NCBI GenBank assembly: GCA_048013815.1
Contig: CM106586.1
Location: 12,090,001 to 12,154,000, forward strand
Length of the DNA: 64,000 bases
Origin: Setoptus koraiensis
Taxonomy: Eukaryota > Animalia > Arthropoda
Direction: 5' to 3'
Shown here: piece by piece, positions 48,653 through 62,567 of the stretch
Numbering within the stretch: position 1 is the stretch's first letter
Layout of the letters: each line of letters opens with the position of its first letter
Translations under genes and position numbers: made by a program
Notes under the pieces: generated by a model
The model's database searches: none
What the model saw: only the letters and a program-made list of their open reading frames with translations
What the model was told of the DNA's origin: nothing

Positions 48653-49238
48653 AATAATTGAATACCTGTAGTTACGACTGTGTTAATTTTTTGTTACGGG
48701 CGAATAATAATAATCGACCAACTTTTGGTGCCATTGATTGGTGTTTATAAGACTATATAATTGAAATTACCCGAATCGTATCTACGAGAGGGCTCAATAA
48801 ATTCTCTTTTCTAACTCATGTTCCGAACAAAATTGATTCTTTCATTTGTTTGGCAATTATCGTGTGATGAAGCTTAAAAAGGGTTGTCAATATAGAGATT
48901 CAAGTGCATTTCGCGGAGACTTAGATTGACTCTGACGAGGCAGCAAAATCTGACAAGGGCTAAAGAATCAACATGGGCTGCGCAAAACATGTCATTATTA
49001 GGGTATCTCGCAAGAAGGATGGCTCAACTAAATGAGAGAATATGTCAAAAAATGGATCGCGACAACAATTGAGTTCGATAATAGAAGCCCGAAAGGTATC
49101 AAAAAAGAAACAATTTAGCGAGTAACTTGTTGATAGAACTGAACGATGAAACGTAAAGTGGGCAAGTTTAGATAATAAATATGATTAGTTTCTCTTTTGT
49201 GTGTCACTACAATTCAATTTCAGGTCAATGCTTATATG

Positions 49239-50144
49239 TTATATTAAACCATAATCAGCTTGACGTTTAACAAAGCTAGCCAGTCCACTTATTCCGTAGA
49301 AGTGCACCAATGTAGCCGCAGATACAAACACATGAAATAATTGATGACTGTGAAACCATATATCACAACGGCCAGGAAAGTAGCGTTCGGGTATCCGGAA
49401 GGCATATAGCATTGTTCCAATGAGATATAGTGCACCCATTGCCAATAGGCGATAAAATGAATATCTCAATGAGGCTTCAATGAAAAAAGCGTCGTAATTT
49501 AGTGATAGCCAATGGAAGGCCGGTATAACGCCGCTAGTGCCAAATAATATAAATACTGAAACTCTTAACCAGCGATACGATTGTTGATTGAATTTGTCTT
49601 GCATTAATATATTGACACCAATTAGGCCCATTGTTATGACACATATCAAATAGATTAACTTCAATGTTTGATATTGATAGAAGCCGTAGTGGATCCAAGG
49701 AACAAATGAAAACGTTATGAGTGATATAATACCACAATAGTCCATGCGACTACACAACTTTGAAATGTGTTCCGAATGGCAATTAAATGTATGATACAAT
49801 GATGATATAATATGGCATGCTGTTGCGCTGGCCAAAAACAAGCCAATTATCCATTTGTCTAGGGGTGGTAATATCGAATGAAATAATTGTAGACACAATT
49901 GGGCAAAATATAGGCCACCAATTAGATGCGTCCAAATATTGACAGTTTCGTTATGCAATTGAAATATTGATCTAATACACACCATAAAAGAATAAGTGGG
50001 TCTTCTATGGCCACAATGGAGATAATGATTCTCCTTGAGCCATTCGGGTTGCTCTCTATATTCTGTTGTTGCGCATTCTGCCTTACTAAATTCGTCTAAG
50101 AACTCGAGAGAGACGTGCTTCGTTTTGTACACTAATTTTCTCAT
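49239..50144 (-). CDS. AdipoR: Adiponectin receptor / PAQR family 7TM protein, ~301 aa from the first ATG
   Basis: PEWLKENHYL..GHR, SIFQLHNETVNIWTH, SSLYHTFNCHS, RMDYCGI, RIPERYFPGRCDIWFHSHQLFH. The start is uncertain: the track uses TTG at 50180 and an upstream exon is possible. Confidence 0.93.
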   Translation of the reverse strand: MRKLVYKTKHVSLEFLDEFSKAECATTEYREQPEWLKENHYLHCGHRRPTYSFMVCIRSIFQLHNETVNIWTHLIGGLYFAQLCLQLFHSILPPLDKWIIGLFLASATACHIISSLYHTFNCHSEHISKLCSRMDYCGIISLITFSFVPWIHYGFYQYQTLKLIYLICVITMGLIGVNILMQDKFNQQSYRWLRVSVFILFGTSGVIPAFHWLSLNYDAFFIEASLRYSFYRLLAMGALYLIGTMLYAFRIPERYFPGRCDIWFHSHQLFHVFVSAATLVHFYGISGLASFVKRQADYGLI

Positions 50145-53100
50145 CTCTCTTGATGGTGGTTGTTGCTCTCGTTGCTTCAATTGATTGATATGCTTAATTG
50201 ATAATTGATATGATGTTTTCTTGATTTTATTTGCGTTGACTTTGTTCGCGCCAATTGACGGGCCAGTCGTTCGATATCTGATATTTGTGAAGTGTTTTTG
50301 TTTTGTTTTTTATAGATTCGCGGGGTATTTATAAGCTAGTGTGATATGGTGGTAGAGGTTCCGGTGGTGACGTTCGCTAATCGATTTAACGTGCGTTCGT
50401 AGTGTGCTGAAGATCTCACACCACTGACGCAATCAGGCACTGATGTAATTTAGCTGCTGTTGTTATTGTGGTAGTTTTTGTTGTTGTTGTTGTTATTGTG
50501 GTAGTTGTTGTTGTCGTAGTTGTTGTTGTCGTTTCAGTTGTAGCTCCACTTGGGCTCGCTTGTTTTGCTTGCTCCCTAATATGTTTTCTATCACGAGTAT
50601 AAATTGCCTCCGTGGCTCGAGTAGAATCTTGTAAATTTGTTTATGTTTTTTGCATCTATTGTATTCTAATGATCAATATTTTCATCTGATAAACACACTT
50701 GAAACAGACCAAATGTAACTTTGGCACAACACACACGCACACAATATAAGCATAAACACACACACACACACAGACTCGCAAACAACAGTCTAACTAACTA
50801 ACATGTTGTTGTTATTGTGACCAACATTTGCTAATTGCGCTCATGCATGCTGGCAAATCGGCAATCTGGCTGACGTATAAACTAACGCAAATTACAGCTA
50901 ATATAATGGTGCTGTTCGAATGGGATCGAAGCCAGCAGAGCTGTTCGCAGTGTGAGCTGGAGAGAGACGAACGAACGAACTAACTAACTGACGAATATAC
51001 GAATAAACCGATGAACGAAACTGCTCAAAGCTCAAAATAATATTCGAAGGAGGGACTAAAATCTGCACATAAACATCGACATTGGTTTGATTGTACGCGC
51101 AACAAGCTATCTGGATGGCTGGCTGGCTAGCTAGCTTGCTGGCTGACTGACTATAAGTTACGTTACGTTGAAATGTTTCTTTTAGACTATTGACATCATT
51201 ATGTTCACAAGTGTTATACAAATAGAGAACAGGTTGAACTTGTCGATGCTTGCCTAAACAACAACAACGACAGCAGCGGCAACAACAACAGCGCGAGAGA
51301 TAACTATTATAATAGTAATATTTATGATAGTTACTTTACAAGACGTGAGACGTAATTATAAATTAATAATAATATTACTATTCAATCCGCAGCTCATATA
51401 CTGAAGCCACTGTGCATGTGTCTAACCGAAGCTTAGCCAATAGCACACCTACAAAACAGGTATCGCATTTCAACCATTTATACAACTATGAGAACTTCAA
51501 CGCAACAAACTCTTGTAAAATGGCTCAAGAAGTGAGAGAAAAAATAACAAGAAACAAAAAGTTTCATAAAGGCCATCCATAGATTGAGTGACATCCTTGC
51601 CCAATGATGTTTTTTCCCATTGGCTTGGCGTCTTCCATCACCGTGGCATCTACCGACTTACTGGTGAAGCTTACATAAGAACAACGTCCGGATATCTATC
51701 GCGTCTATCTATACGGTATAAACGGCGATAGGCGATAATGTTTGTATCGTCAGAGAATCAAGCCATTGACGTCAACCGACAAGTGTTCGCTAAACTGCTA
51801 TTTTTTTTTTCTCTCTCTCTCTCTCTCTTTCTATCCCCGTTGGTGCATGAATTTGTTTGTTCTTGCAGTTTGAAACAGCAGTTAGTTTGACTACACCAGG
51901 GCAGTATCCATACACACACTTCAGTTAATCATTAGATTAGTCTTAAACGGGTTCAACTAACTGAACTTGAATGCAAATACTTGATCTTGGCAATGATTCT
52001 GTGCAACCATTCTACGCAACCTTTCATTGGTATATCTGCCTCTCTGGATAAAACCCTCCGGATAGCTCGGCCAGCGTCAGTGTTCGAAGAAAAAAGAAGT
52101 AGCGTAGTTAGTAATTATTTCAATTCGGATAATTCATTATACAAATTATTAATGTTGTAACACTCGCCTGATTTACACACACACACACACACACACTCAC
52201 TGTCAGCCACTAACCTGCTGAACTAGCTTACCAAAGAATGGCCCATGAGCAGTGTTAGTATGTTAGTTGTATATTTTGGCCATCCAACCGCTAATGGGCA
52301 TTATCCGAAGCCACTGTTGTAATGCTCTTATGGACACTAGCTATGCGTTTTTGCATGTGCGAATTTCCACGAATAATAACGTCCACAACTGAACCTAAAG
52401 CTAAAAAACTAAATCTAAATATCATAGAGAGAAACGTTGAATGGTAAGTTAAAGATCGACTGTTAACGCTGCTACCAATCCAATTTAATAGTAGTGTGTC
52501 AATCACACCTGTATACAGCTTATGTAAGGCGCTGCTAGTTGGCTGGTTGTTTCGTTCGTTCTCATACACTACCCTTATGCTAGCCTCACGACAGACAGGT
52601 AAGAGAGATTGAGAAGAAATTGATTAGTCTAACGAAACCACTATAACAGAATATCACAGCACCTATAGCGAGAACGCACATTTATGAAATGTACGCAACA
52701 CCTCGTTCGTCTACGTATACTGCCCGGTATATCGGCCTACATGGAAGCTCCATATCTACATAGTTACTTCCAATGGCCAGCAATAGGTCATACAACAACG
52801 GTTCGTAGTAGCAAGTAAACAAGATTCCGCCATTGATCCTTTCTAATAATGCCACCAATCTCGTTAGAGTGTATTGACAACAGACCGCTGGATATTTCAT
52901 CATTAAGCAAACGATAAGTTGATTTAGTTGATCTTATCTGTTGTGTGCCTTTGCAGTCTTGTTCGTGTCTCCCTCATTGTTGTTGCTGTTATGACATGAT
53001 TCCTTTGTATAGATATCGTGTATCGTGTACGAATAGCCAAAATATTCTAGATATGTATAATGATGATAGTTTTTCTGGTGACTCTGGATGGCAACAGTGC

Positions 53101-54035
53101 TGTAGCTGTGGTTTTGGTTTTTGTTGTTGTATAATGTGCATAGTGAATACAAGAAAATGTACGTATACGAACACTTTTTCTCTCTAGTTTTGAACGCTAT
53201 TTTTTGTTAATCAGTAGTAGTGGTTGTACGTGATTAAGTGCAGCGCCAGCCAGACAGTGTCGTATATCTCGTTTCGCTTGACCCTTTGTTGGCCATGAAC
53301 CTTCCGTAGTTAAGTACCTTTAATATAGCTACAATGCGAGCTACATTTAGAAATTGTTACTGCTAGCATTTCTGCTAGTTGAAGTAGTAGTTGTAATAGA
53401 AGTAGCATATCGTTGTGTGTCAAAATTAGATAGACTGGTTGCTAAAATAAGTCAATGCTGTCTTCTGTCAATCGCTCAGCCATCGTTGAGCAAATGTGAG
53501 TCGATTATTTTCACATTCAGTTAGTTAGGTAGTGTAGACAACTAAACTTGTAACTCAATTTAGTCAGAAAGTAGTCAAGCTGAATGATATCGCTTCTCGA
53601 GCTCATTTCTATTCTTATCATCAGACATTTTCTTATAATAGGCATCAAAACTATCTGGCATATATTTCTCAAATTCTATTTAAGACTTGTTATTGACCAA
53701 TCAACAATTCGAGCAGCTCTCCCAACCACTATTTTAAAACATTCAATAGAAGTTTATAACACGCGTTTCATAATAACGTTCGCTCCCAATAGAACTCAAA
53801 ACAAATCATTCAAATAACTTGACCAAACTAACAATATGACAAGCGATTCCATGTGGTATAATGCGAGACAAGGATAAATGGGAAATAGTTCCACGATTGA
53901 CTAAGATGCACTTAAATAGATGCAATCTGTTCTTCTCCATGTTTATTGGATAATAATAATCATACACGATATTAACAATATACTGATCAAAACTTGTTCG
54001 ACCTAAATTTACATTTCCATATACAATTGAATATA

Positions 54036-56414
54036 TCAGAATTCTAATGATGGAGTCCTTATTTGCTCGTGTGAACGTCGCTCTGCATCATCGGTATATA
54101 TTTTCACCACTCCAACTCGCTCTGAAAAAGATGATATTTTCTTCTTAGAGCTTGTAAAGAGAGGTTTCAATCCAGACTTGATCATTCTTGGGTCGGATTT
54201 AGATTCTGGTGTCATCGGCCGGTTCAAATTTAAATATTCATTTGTTCGACTTTTATAGTTGGTTATGTCTACACGATGGGATGGTTGTTCCATGGTAGAT
54301 TTGTGTGCGTAAAAGAAACAGTAACCAGTTCTTTTTGCCTCTCTCTCAACTTTGTCTATCTCGACCTTAGTTATAGCATCATCATCACATGAATACCAGG
54401 AACCGTTATTTTGGTTCAGGACATAACTTGTATAATGACCAGCATTTAACGATGAACCTAGATGGCAGACAAATGCCACAAGTTGATACCTGCTATCATC
54501 TTCAGTGATTGCCCTGTGCGCAGATGGGGACTGACTGGGCGATTTGTTTTCTTTGTATGGAACAGACATCTCAAATGGAGCTTCAATCTCATCTAGATTC
54601 TTCTGGCCGGTGTGTGAGTATCTGGCGAGAGTCAAAAACAGTACTTGTGGCAACTTTCTAATCAGACATTTTCTGGTTTTTTCTTTCGAGTTACAATCTT
54701 TTTCGGAGCAACTGAATTCCATCAAATCATCTCTGAAATAGTTAAGAAGCGCCTGATGTAGAGAAAGTGGAGTAACGTCTTTGTCTGATGCTGCGGAATC
54801 TTTTCGATCAAAGGTACAATTTTCTTTTTCCTCGCTAGATGAACAAGATACCGACGAGAGGCGGTCGTCATCATGCTCGTTCTTATTGTTACAGCCAGTC
54901 CACAAGTTAGAGGAGCATTCGTCTGTGCATTGCTCATTAGGAGGTATAGCCAATGGAAGTGTCCTAATTTTCTCCGATGCAGACAATGTCTTTTTGTGAC
55001 ACTTAAGACACTTGACAAAGTAGTCCAGTTCGAGCTCAAAGGTCTTGGTCACTGGATTTTCTTCATCTTTGATTTGTTTCAAGCCCTGGAAGAATTCTTG
55101 GATGGAATCAATAACAAGATAGAAGAACTCGCTAGCATCCTGCTGATGGGTAGAATTAAATTGGGAGCTCCTCTTTCCTACAGCCGATTTTAGATCGTTG
55201 AGTCTATCGTCCATTTCTGTGGAACCGGTATGAGATGATGAGGTTAAGGCGATGGGCGATAGGCTAGAATGTTGTTGTTGTTTATCGTCAGTGGCATCCA
55301 TTTTTAATTCATCATCCATCAATTTGACGACGTTTGGTTTATCCTGGCTACTAACGGACAAATTGCTGAGTGATTCAGCGGTGGCCTCATCATCTCTAGA
55401 TATCTGATCAAAAGTGGATGTGATTTCATCATCGAACATGTACCTGTGAGGCGAAGGTGTTGATCGTTCGGAGGATCCGGTATTTATTCCGCTGTCATCG
55501 GGTTTGGATGGAATGCTTGATCTGCATCTACCTTTGGTATAACATTGGTATAATCTGAGAAAGGCATCAGCAATAATATATTTTCCGTCTTTATCCTCAT
55601 CCTTAATGTAGCTGGCAGCTTTGTCCATTGTTTGGACAAAGTCCTCCATGAATGACACTAAACTGAACAGACATTGTATAATGGAGTTTTCATAGCAGGT
55701 ATTACCAAGGTTTTTCAATGGAAGCGGACTGTCCCTGTCGGACAAATAGCCGGTATCGATGGACGATTGATCTACATCGGTGACGGCAGCTTTGGTGGTG
55801 GCGTTGATGGTATTGGTGTTAGAGGTGGCTGTTGCAACAACAGTTATGGTTGGGCTGTTTGTGCTAATGGAAGTGGTTTTGAATGCCTCATATGATTTGT
55901 GTGATTTGGTGGCTGGAGATGGTGACACCACATGTTGATTGCCAATTGCTAGTGCTTTAGTTTTGGCGATAGCCGCAACAGAGGTAGCTGTTTTAGATGG
56001 TGTTGTTGTTGATTTTAAAGGTGTTGTTGATGATTTTAGAGGTGTTGTTGTTGCTTTGAGAGGTGTTGGCGTTGCTTTTAGCGGCGTTGCTTTTAGTGGT
56101 GTTGTTGTTGCTGCTTTTAGTGGTGTTGTTGTTGCCTTTGATGGTGTGGCTGTCTTCGATGGAGTTGTTGTTGATTTGGGCGCAGCTGGTGCTGCTGCAG
56201 TTGGCGTTGATGACGCGGTGGCCGGCTTCTTGGCGGTAGCGGCTGCTGATGTTACCGGCGGCTCTGGCGATGTGGAAGACAGCGATTTGTTGAGTTCAGT
56301 TAGGTTGTGCTTGAGATTACTGAATATGGGCCGAATGTTGGTGAGACAGGTCCGCTTTGGCTTGGGATATCCGTAGAATGCATGCGACGAAAACGATATC
56401 GACGTCTTACTCAT
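54036..56414 (-). CDS. USP37: Ubiquitin-specific protease, USP37/29/26-like, intronless, 792 aa
   Basis: Cys box NLGNTCYENSIIQCLFSLVSF, QQDASEF, CxxC zinc pairs, His box YQLVAFVCHLGSSLNAGHYTSYV and WYSCDD. The subfamily call rests on recalled similarity of the Cys and His box context. Confidence 0.85.
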   Translation of the reverse strand: MSKTSISFSSHAFYGYPKPKRTCLTNIRPIFSNLKHNLTELNKSLSSTSPEPPVTSAAATAKKPATASSTPTAAAPAAPKSTTTPSKTATPSKATTTPLKAATTTPLKATPLKATPTPLKATTTPLKSSTTPLKSTTTPSKTATSVAAIAKTKALAIGNQHVVSPSPATKSHKSYEAFKTTSISTNSPTITVVATATSNTNTINATTKAAVTDVDQSSIDTGYLSDRDSPLPLKNLGNTCYENSIIQCLFSLVSFMEDFVQTMDKAASYIKDEDKDGKYIIADAFLRLYQCYTKGRCRSSIPSKPDDSGINTGSSERSTPSPHRYMFDDEITSTFDQISRDDEATAESLSNLSVSSQDKPNVVKLMDDELKMDATDDKQQQHSSLSPIALTSSSHTGSTEMDDRLNDLKSAVGKRSSQFNSTHQQDASEFFYLVIDSIQEFFQGLKQIKDEENPVTKTFELELDYFVKCLKCHKKTLSASEKIRTLPLAIPPNEQCTDECSSNLWTGCNNKNEHDDDRLSSVSCSSSEEKENCTFDRKDSAASDKDVTPLSLHQALLNYFRDDLMEFSCSEKDCNSKEKTRKCLIRKLPQVLFLTLARYSHTGQKNLDEIEAPFEMSVPYKENKSPSQSPSAHRAITEDDSRYQLVAFVCHLGSSLNAGHYTSYVLNQNNGSWYSCDDDAITKVEIDKVEREAKRTGYCFFYAHKSTMEQPSHRVDITNYKSRTNEYLNLNRPMTPESKSDPRMIKSGLKPLFTSSKKKISSFSERVGVVKIYTDDAERRSHEQIRTPSLEF

Positions 56415-57713
56415 TTTGATTGTGTTTTTTTTTTCTTGTGTTGTTGTTGATCAGTATATTAGTATTGTTGTTGTTATTTTATGATGATATCGACACAGTA
56501 GTGGCCGTTGCTACAGTTGTTGTTGCTGTTGTTGTTGGTGTTGTTGTTGATTGCGTTGAGCCGGCTTTGAGCGATGATCATGTTGTTACAATTAGTTGAT
56601 AATAATATAGTTATTATTATACAAGTATTAGGTAAGTTGGAGTTGTTGTTGTTGTCGTTTTTTGTTTTTTGTTTGTATCACTCTATATCCACCGTGTATC
56701 CACTAGTTCAGTAGCTCGAATTGTATATACGTACGCACGCGGAATAAATATTCTATATATTAATTTTGGAAAAGATACGTATACGTACTGTACTAGTGAG
56801 TGTACTACACATTGGAGCTCTAATTTCCAATACACACAGTTGTGCGCTAACAAATAGAACGACTACGACGACGACGACTATTCGAGAGATAGAGAGAGCG
56901 AGTTGCCGCTGGAGACGCTGATGCATGAGGAAAACAGCACACACTGCATGCCATGCACTCCCAATGCACATCGGGCCGCCGCGCTCTGTGCCTCCCCCGT
57001 GTCGCGCCCCCCGACGATAACACTCTAGTCACTAGAATCTAGTGTGTGTCTCGTAGTTCATGTAAATCACGCTAACTGCGTCCTTGATCCCCAGGCGCTA
57101 CATTTCACTCGAGGCAGACAGCGGCGCATGCTGCATTGAGCTAGCAACGTTGCGTGTGTGCACGCGGACTAGAGTGCGTCAGCGTCAATGCTGCATTGTG
57201 ATCACTGCGGGCAACTCGACACTAAAGCGCCCCTGCCGGTCGCTGCGAAATTGACACACTGCCCAGGGAGCAATGATCGGCATTCGGCGGCAAACTATCG
57301 CCGGCGCGCCGATGCCGCGCGTCCCTCTGTGCTGCCACAGCAGCATGTCCTCATACACTGCAGCGAGTGTGGTTCACACACAGCGCGAACGACTCTCACT
57401 GCTATTGTGCTGCTGTTGACCAAGTTAAAGCGGCGGCAAATGGTTCCCGCCGCCGACGACGTCTCTTGTGTGTGTGTGTGTGTGTGTGTTCGCAACAACA
57501 TCGTCCAAAATATCGGACCAGAGCGCGCCTTTTTATTGCTGCTCGCCTGCGCAGGCAGCTGTGCGCCAGCACATTGCGCGGCAGTGCGGCCCCTCGACAG
57601 CAGGCAATGCTGCCGCCGCCGCTGCCGTGTTGATGCCATTCTGTTCTGTTGTCGAATTCGACGATAGTTCTATACATCTGCCAATTCTTTGTAAACGAAT
57701 GCAGTGTTGGCGT

Positions 57714-57751
<38 letters not shown>

Positions 57752-58213
57752 ACGCACACGCCAAGATTGGCGGCATCGGTGCCGGCGACGAGACCGCGCC
57801 GCCGCGCGTTCGCTACTGTGTCGCATTGACTGTTTATTGGTGTGTGTGTGCGTGCGTGCGTGCGTGCGTGTGTGTGTGTGTGTGTGCAAGCAATCAATGG
57901 TGATGGCCGTACCTCGAGGCTCGAGCGATGAGGGCGCGCGCATCGCTCGATGCCAGTGCCCATTGGCCGCATCGAGACTTTTTGACAGCGACCACTGCGT
58001 GCGTTTTGCATACTGCGGTCACTACCAATTCTTTGGTAACAAATCTCGCAAAGTCCTACAATACAAGAAATCCTCCCCATCGCAACAAATGCCATGTCGC
58101 GTGAATGACGACGCCTGCGTGGCGCATGCTTATCCTCTCTTCAACCCTTGCAAAAACATCACAGATATAAATACTATTATTCAATTTAAATAATACCACC
58201 AATTAGATACATC

Positions 58214-59617
58214 ATGGACTTCAAGACGAGTGTCACTGTTGCCGTTAGAGTCAGACCGTTCCATCAAAAGGAACTCGAAAATGATGTTATTGACCCTCGC
58301 GATCGTATAGCCACCTATTATCGCAACAGCCCTAGGAACAGCCCAAACATCTTTAAGAATAATAATAATATTAATGGAAAAAAATGTGTTGATATGACAA
58401 ATAATGTTGTAACATTCAACTCAAACACGGAATTCATTTTTGATCATTGCATAAAGCCACATCATGATAACAAATATCTTTATCTCAAAGTTGGACAACC
58501 ACTCTTGGAGCACGCCCTCGACGGATTTAGTGTTTGCATGTTTGCATTCGGCCAAACTGGATCAGGCAAAACTCACTCAATCATGGGACCCGAAGAGGAT
58601 CCTGGACTTGCTAGACTATTTGTGCGAAATTTATTTGATAAAATCTGCCACTTTCCTGACACGACTCAAGTCAAAGTTGAATGTAGCTACTATGAAATAT
58701 ACAATGAAAAGATACACGACCTGTTGGGTAATGACACAAAAGCAGTGCTTCGTGTTCGCGAACATCCAACTACGGGCCCGTACATAGTCGATCTATCTTC
58801 AATAGAATGCACGAGCTATTTTGAAGTTCTCGATTGGCTAAAGCTCGGACAGAAACGACGATTTACAGCAGCTACAAGCATGAATAACAAATCATCTAGA
58901 TCTCACACCATATTTACACTTGTTATAACTCAGGATAAAAAGTTAAACAATGAATTTAAACAAAGTATTACTTCAAAAGTTAACATTGTTGATCTGGCAG
59001 GCAGTGAGCGCACTCATATGCTTGGAGCAACAGGTGTTAGACTCAAAGAAAGTGTTCTTATCAATAAGTCTCTATTAACATTAGGTAAAGTAATTACACA
59101 ATTGGCTGAATTTGACTTTGTCAAAGGCTCATCAACTACATTCATTCCATACAGAGAATCAACTTTAACATGGTTACTTAAAGAAAGTCTCGGAGGAAAT
59201 AGCAAGACCACCATGATAGCAACAGTGAGCCCATCAATCCTTCATCAAGAGGAAACCCTGAGTACGCTCAGATATGCAGCTACCGCCAGAAGGGTTGTCA
59301 ATATTGTTAGAGTAAACGAGGATCCTAAAGTGCGAAAAATCAGAGAGCTCGAAAATGAAATAGAGACATTAAAACAGAGAATTGCCTTACTTGAATCAAA
59401 TAAATCTAGCTCAGACCATGTAGCTAGCAACAATCCTGTGAGTCCTCACCACAAGCGTGAACCGAAGCAATCGACAGGAACTTCTACGACGCCAATTAAA
59501 GTATATCGGTCTGTTGATATTGTAAGCTACATAGAAGAATTATTTGCAGACGTTTTGCGAGAGTTCAACAAAACGAAAAAAGATGCTCCTGTCGAGAGTA
59601 AAATTCAAGCCGCATAG
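58214..59617 (+). CDS. KIF14: Kinesin-3 (KIF14-like) motor, intronless, 467 aa
   Basis: P-loop GQTGSGKT, switch I NNKSSRSH, switch II DLAGSE, YRESTLTWLLKESLGGNSKT and the neck VNIVRVNEDPKVRKIRELENEIETLK typical of kinesin-3. The KIF14 assignment is tentative. Confidence 0.85.
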   Translation: MDFKTSVTVAVRVRPFHQKELENDVIDPRDRIATYYRNSPRNSPNIFKNNNNINGKKCVDMTNNVVTFNSNTEFIFDHCIKPHHDNKYLYLKVGQPLLEHALDGFSVCMFAFGQTGSGKTHSIMGPEEDPGLARLFVRNLFDKICHFPDTTQVKVECSYYEIYNEKIHDLLGNDTKAVLRVREHPTTGPYIVDLSSIECTSYFEVLDWLKLGQKRRFTAATSMNNKSSRSHTIFTLVITQDKKLNNEFKQSITSKVNIVDLAGSERTHMLGATGVRLKESVLINKSLLTLGKVITQLAEFDFVKGSSTTFIPYRESTLTWLLKESLGGNSKTTMIATVSPSILHQEETLSTLRYAATARRVVNIVRVNEDPKVRKIRELENEIETLKQRIALLESNKSSSDHVASNNPVSPHHKREPKQSTGTSTTPIKVYRSVDIVSYIEELFADVLREFNKTKKDAPVESKIQAA

Positions 59618-60188
59618 ACATATATAATTTAGACGTTTATTTATTTAAGATATTTATTTATTTATTTTCTTTATTTTTGATAGATGATTATGTAATTGTT
59701 GTTGTAATAAATGATAATATTATAGATTAACAGTAATTAATAATACCAAAATATACAAACAGAAGAGTTGAGTTTCATCTTCACTTTTTTCATCAATAAG
59801 TTTTGCGCCGAAATCATAAATGGGCACAACTTGATGGAACTTCGTTGTCCCGAGTTGACACACCTACCGGCTTTTTTGTTGCCACGCCTCTCGGTCAACG
59901 CTCACTCAACACAGGTTTCTGCCCTCCGTGCCGATTTGGTGATCAAAATTTATTTCTCACCATATGATGCCTGTTATTTAACATCTCATTGGTGTCTCTT
60001 CTTACAATCCTGAATATTAAATTTGCCATCCATAAATTTTATTTATCATACATGACAACTAGCCTCATTGAGCCATTAAATTAGATATTTCTCGAAGGAA
60101 CGTTAACATTGGATAGGCATAAACGGAAAATTACATTGATCTATAATACCAGGAATCGGATTAGACTAGTTTCAATTGAATAGTAACA

Positions 60189-61319
<1,131 letters not shown>

Positions 61320-61335
<16 letters not shown>

Positions 61336-62567
61336 AGATACATTCTCATAGCCTCATTGAGTTGTCGGTTGGCTGTGTTGAGAGAAACATTCTTTCTGTC
61401 CAGCCTCTCTAACTCTTGATCAATCAACTTAGACATCTTTGAACAATGATCTTCTAGCATAAGTAGCTCGTCAGAGTCAGGAGTTTGACCAGTGGGGTCG
61501 GCTTCGTGGATTAGATGTAATAGCTTATCTATTTTTTCGACGTCTATCTTAGTAACTTCTTCTTCCAAATACTTTACCTTGACCTTGTCATCAAATTGTA
61601 CATTCCGCGACGAACCTGCCTCATCAACTCTCACATCAAGATCTTTGGATATAAAATTGGCTGGAAAAAGGCCTTGTCCTCTGTGGTTGGAACCAGACCA
61701 CCAATTTTCATCGGAATCATCTGTCACAAGAATCATCTCTCCAGCCTTAAATGTAAGTTCATTATCTTCTGCTGCCTCAAAGTCGTACAGAGCTCTAACT
61801 TTAAAAGGTTCCTTGACTTTGGAGTTTGTTTGTGATACTGTAGATGTACTGGGTCCTGATGTTGCACGGTTATTACCTAAGTCCGTTCCGAAGTTACCTA
61901 TGTTTAAAGCTGAACTACTGATATCGGGATACATGGCAGATGATGTTGAAGATGTTGCAGCGCCTGAGGTTGATTGGTTGTGACTGTTTGAGTAATTATT
62001 GTAAGAGGCTGAGGGATTTCCTTTAGTCTCTTTGAGTGAGGCTTCTATCGCTTTGATAATGTCTTCCTCTTCCTGATCACTTGTAACAACATTTGGATCT
62101 TTTGGAATAATTGGTTTCATTGGATCATGATAAGTAAAGTCGACGCCCTCACTTTTCAATCTGTTATAGTATGAAGGAATGAGGGCCAGTTGTGGATCGG
62201 ATTTGAATTCGTTCTCCGTCCATTTCTTCAATAGAATTTTGAATTTTTCAACAACTTTTGGATGGCCTTTAGCTAGTAGTTTTCTAGATTCCGTTTCGAA
62301 TTCTCTCGATGCTACTTCCAAGTGAAATTTCTTACCACAGTTACTGACACATGCGTCCAATAATATCAAGGATTGTAAGGCAACATTGGAGTGATTGTGC
62401 AAAATTCTTTTCATGATTGATCTGAAGCAATCAACACATCGTAATTGTGAACTATTGATGTAATCACAACATTCTAAGACAGATTGCCAATCCTCAGTTG
62501 TATTGCTTTCATTAGTTGCCTTCTCAACAAGTTTATCGAAGGGTGATGAGGAGCTGAATATTGGCAT
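61320..62567 (-). CDS. STAM: Signal transducing adapter molecule (ESCRT-0), VHS-UIM-SH3-GAT, intronless, 415 aa
   Basis: VHS ([13 protein letters not shown]...WQSVLECCD), UIM ([15 protein letters not shown]), SH3 ([21 protein letters not shown]...WW..GLFPANF) and GAT ([13 protein letters not shown]). Confidence 0.95.

Noticed and set aside
52290-52910. Possible small spliced gene between AdipoR and USP37 (donors at ~52443 and ~52598; ORFs on both strands)
   Set aside because: No recognisable domain and no consistent exon chain; needs RNA-seq.
57188-58193. Long overlapping ORFs upstream of the kinesin
   Set aside because: GC-rich divergent promoter region with (CA)n/(GT)n tracts; translations are CV/HT dipeptide runs.
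59700-60140. Possible small minus-strand gene or selenoprotein between the kinesin and PSMD14
   Set aside because: Frames contain multiple stops of different types, with no recognisable family and no SECIS-like structure seen.
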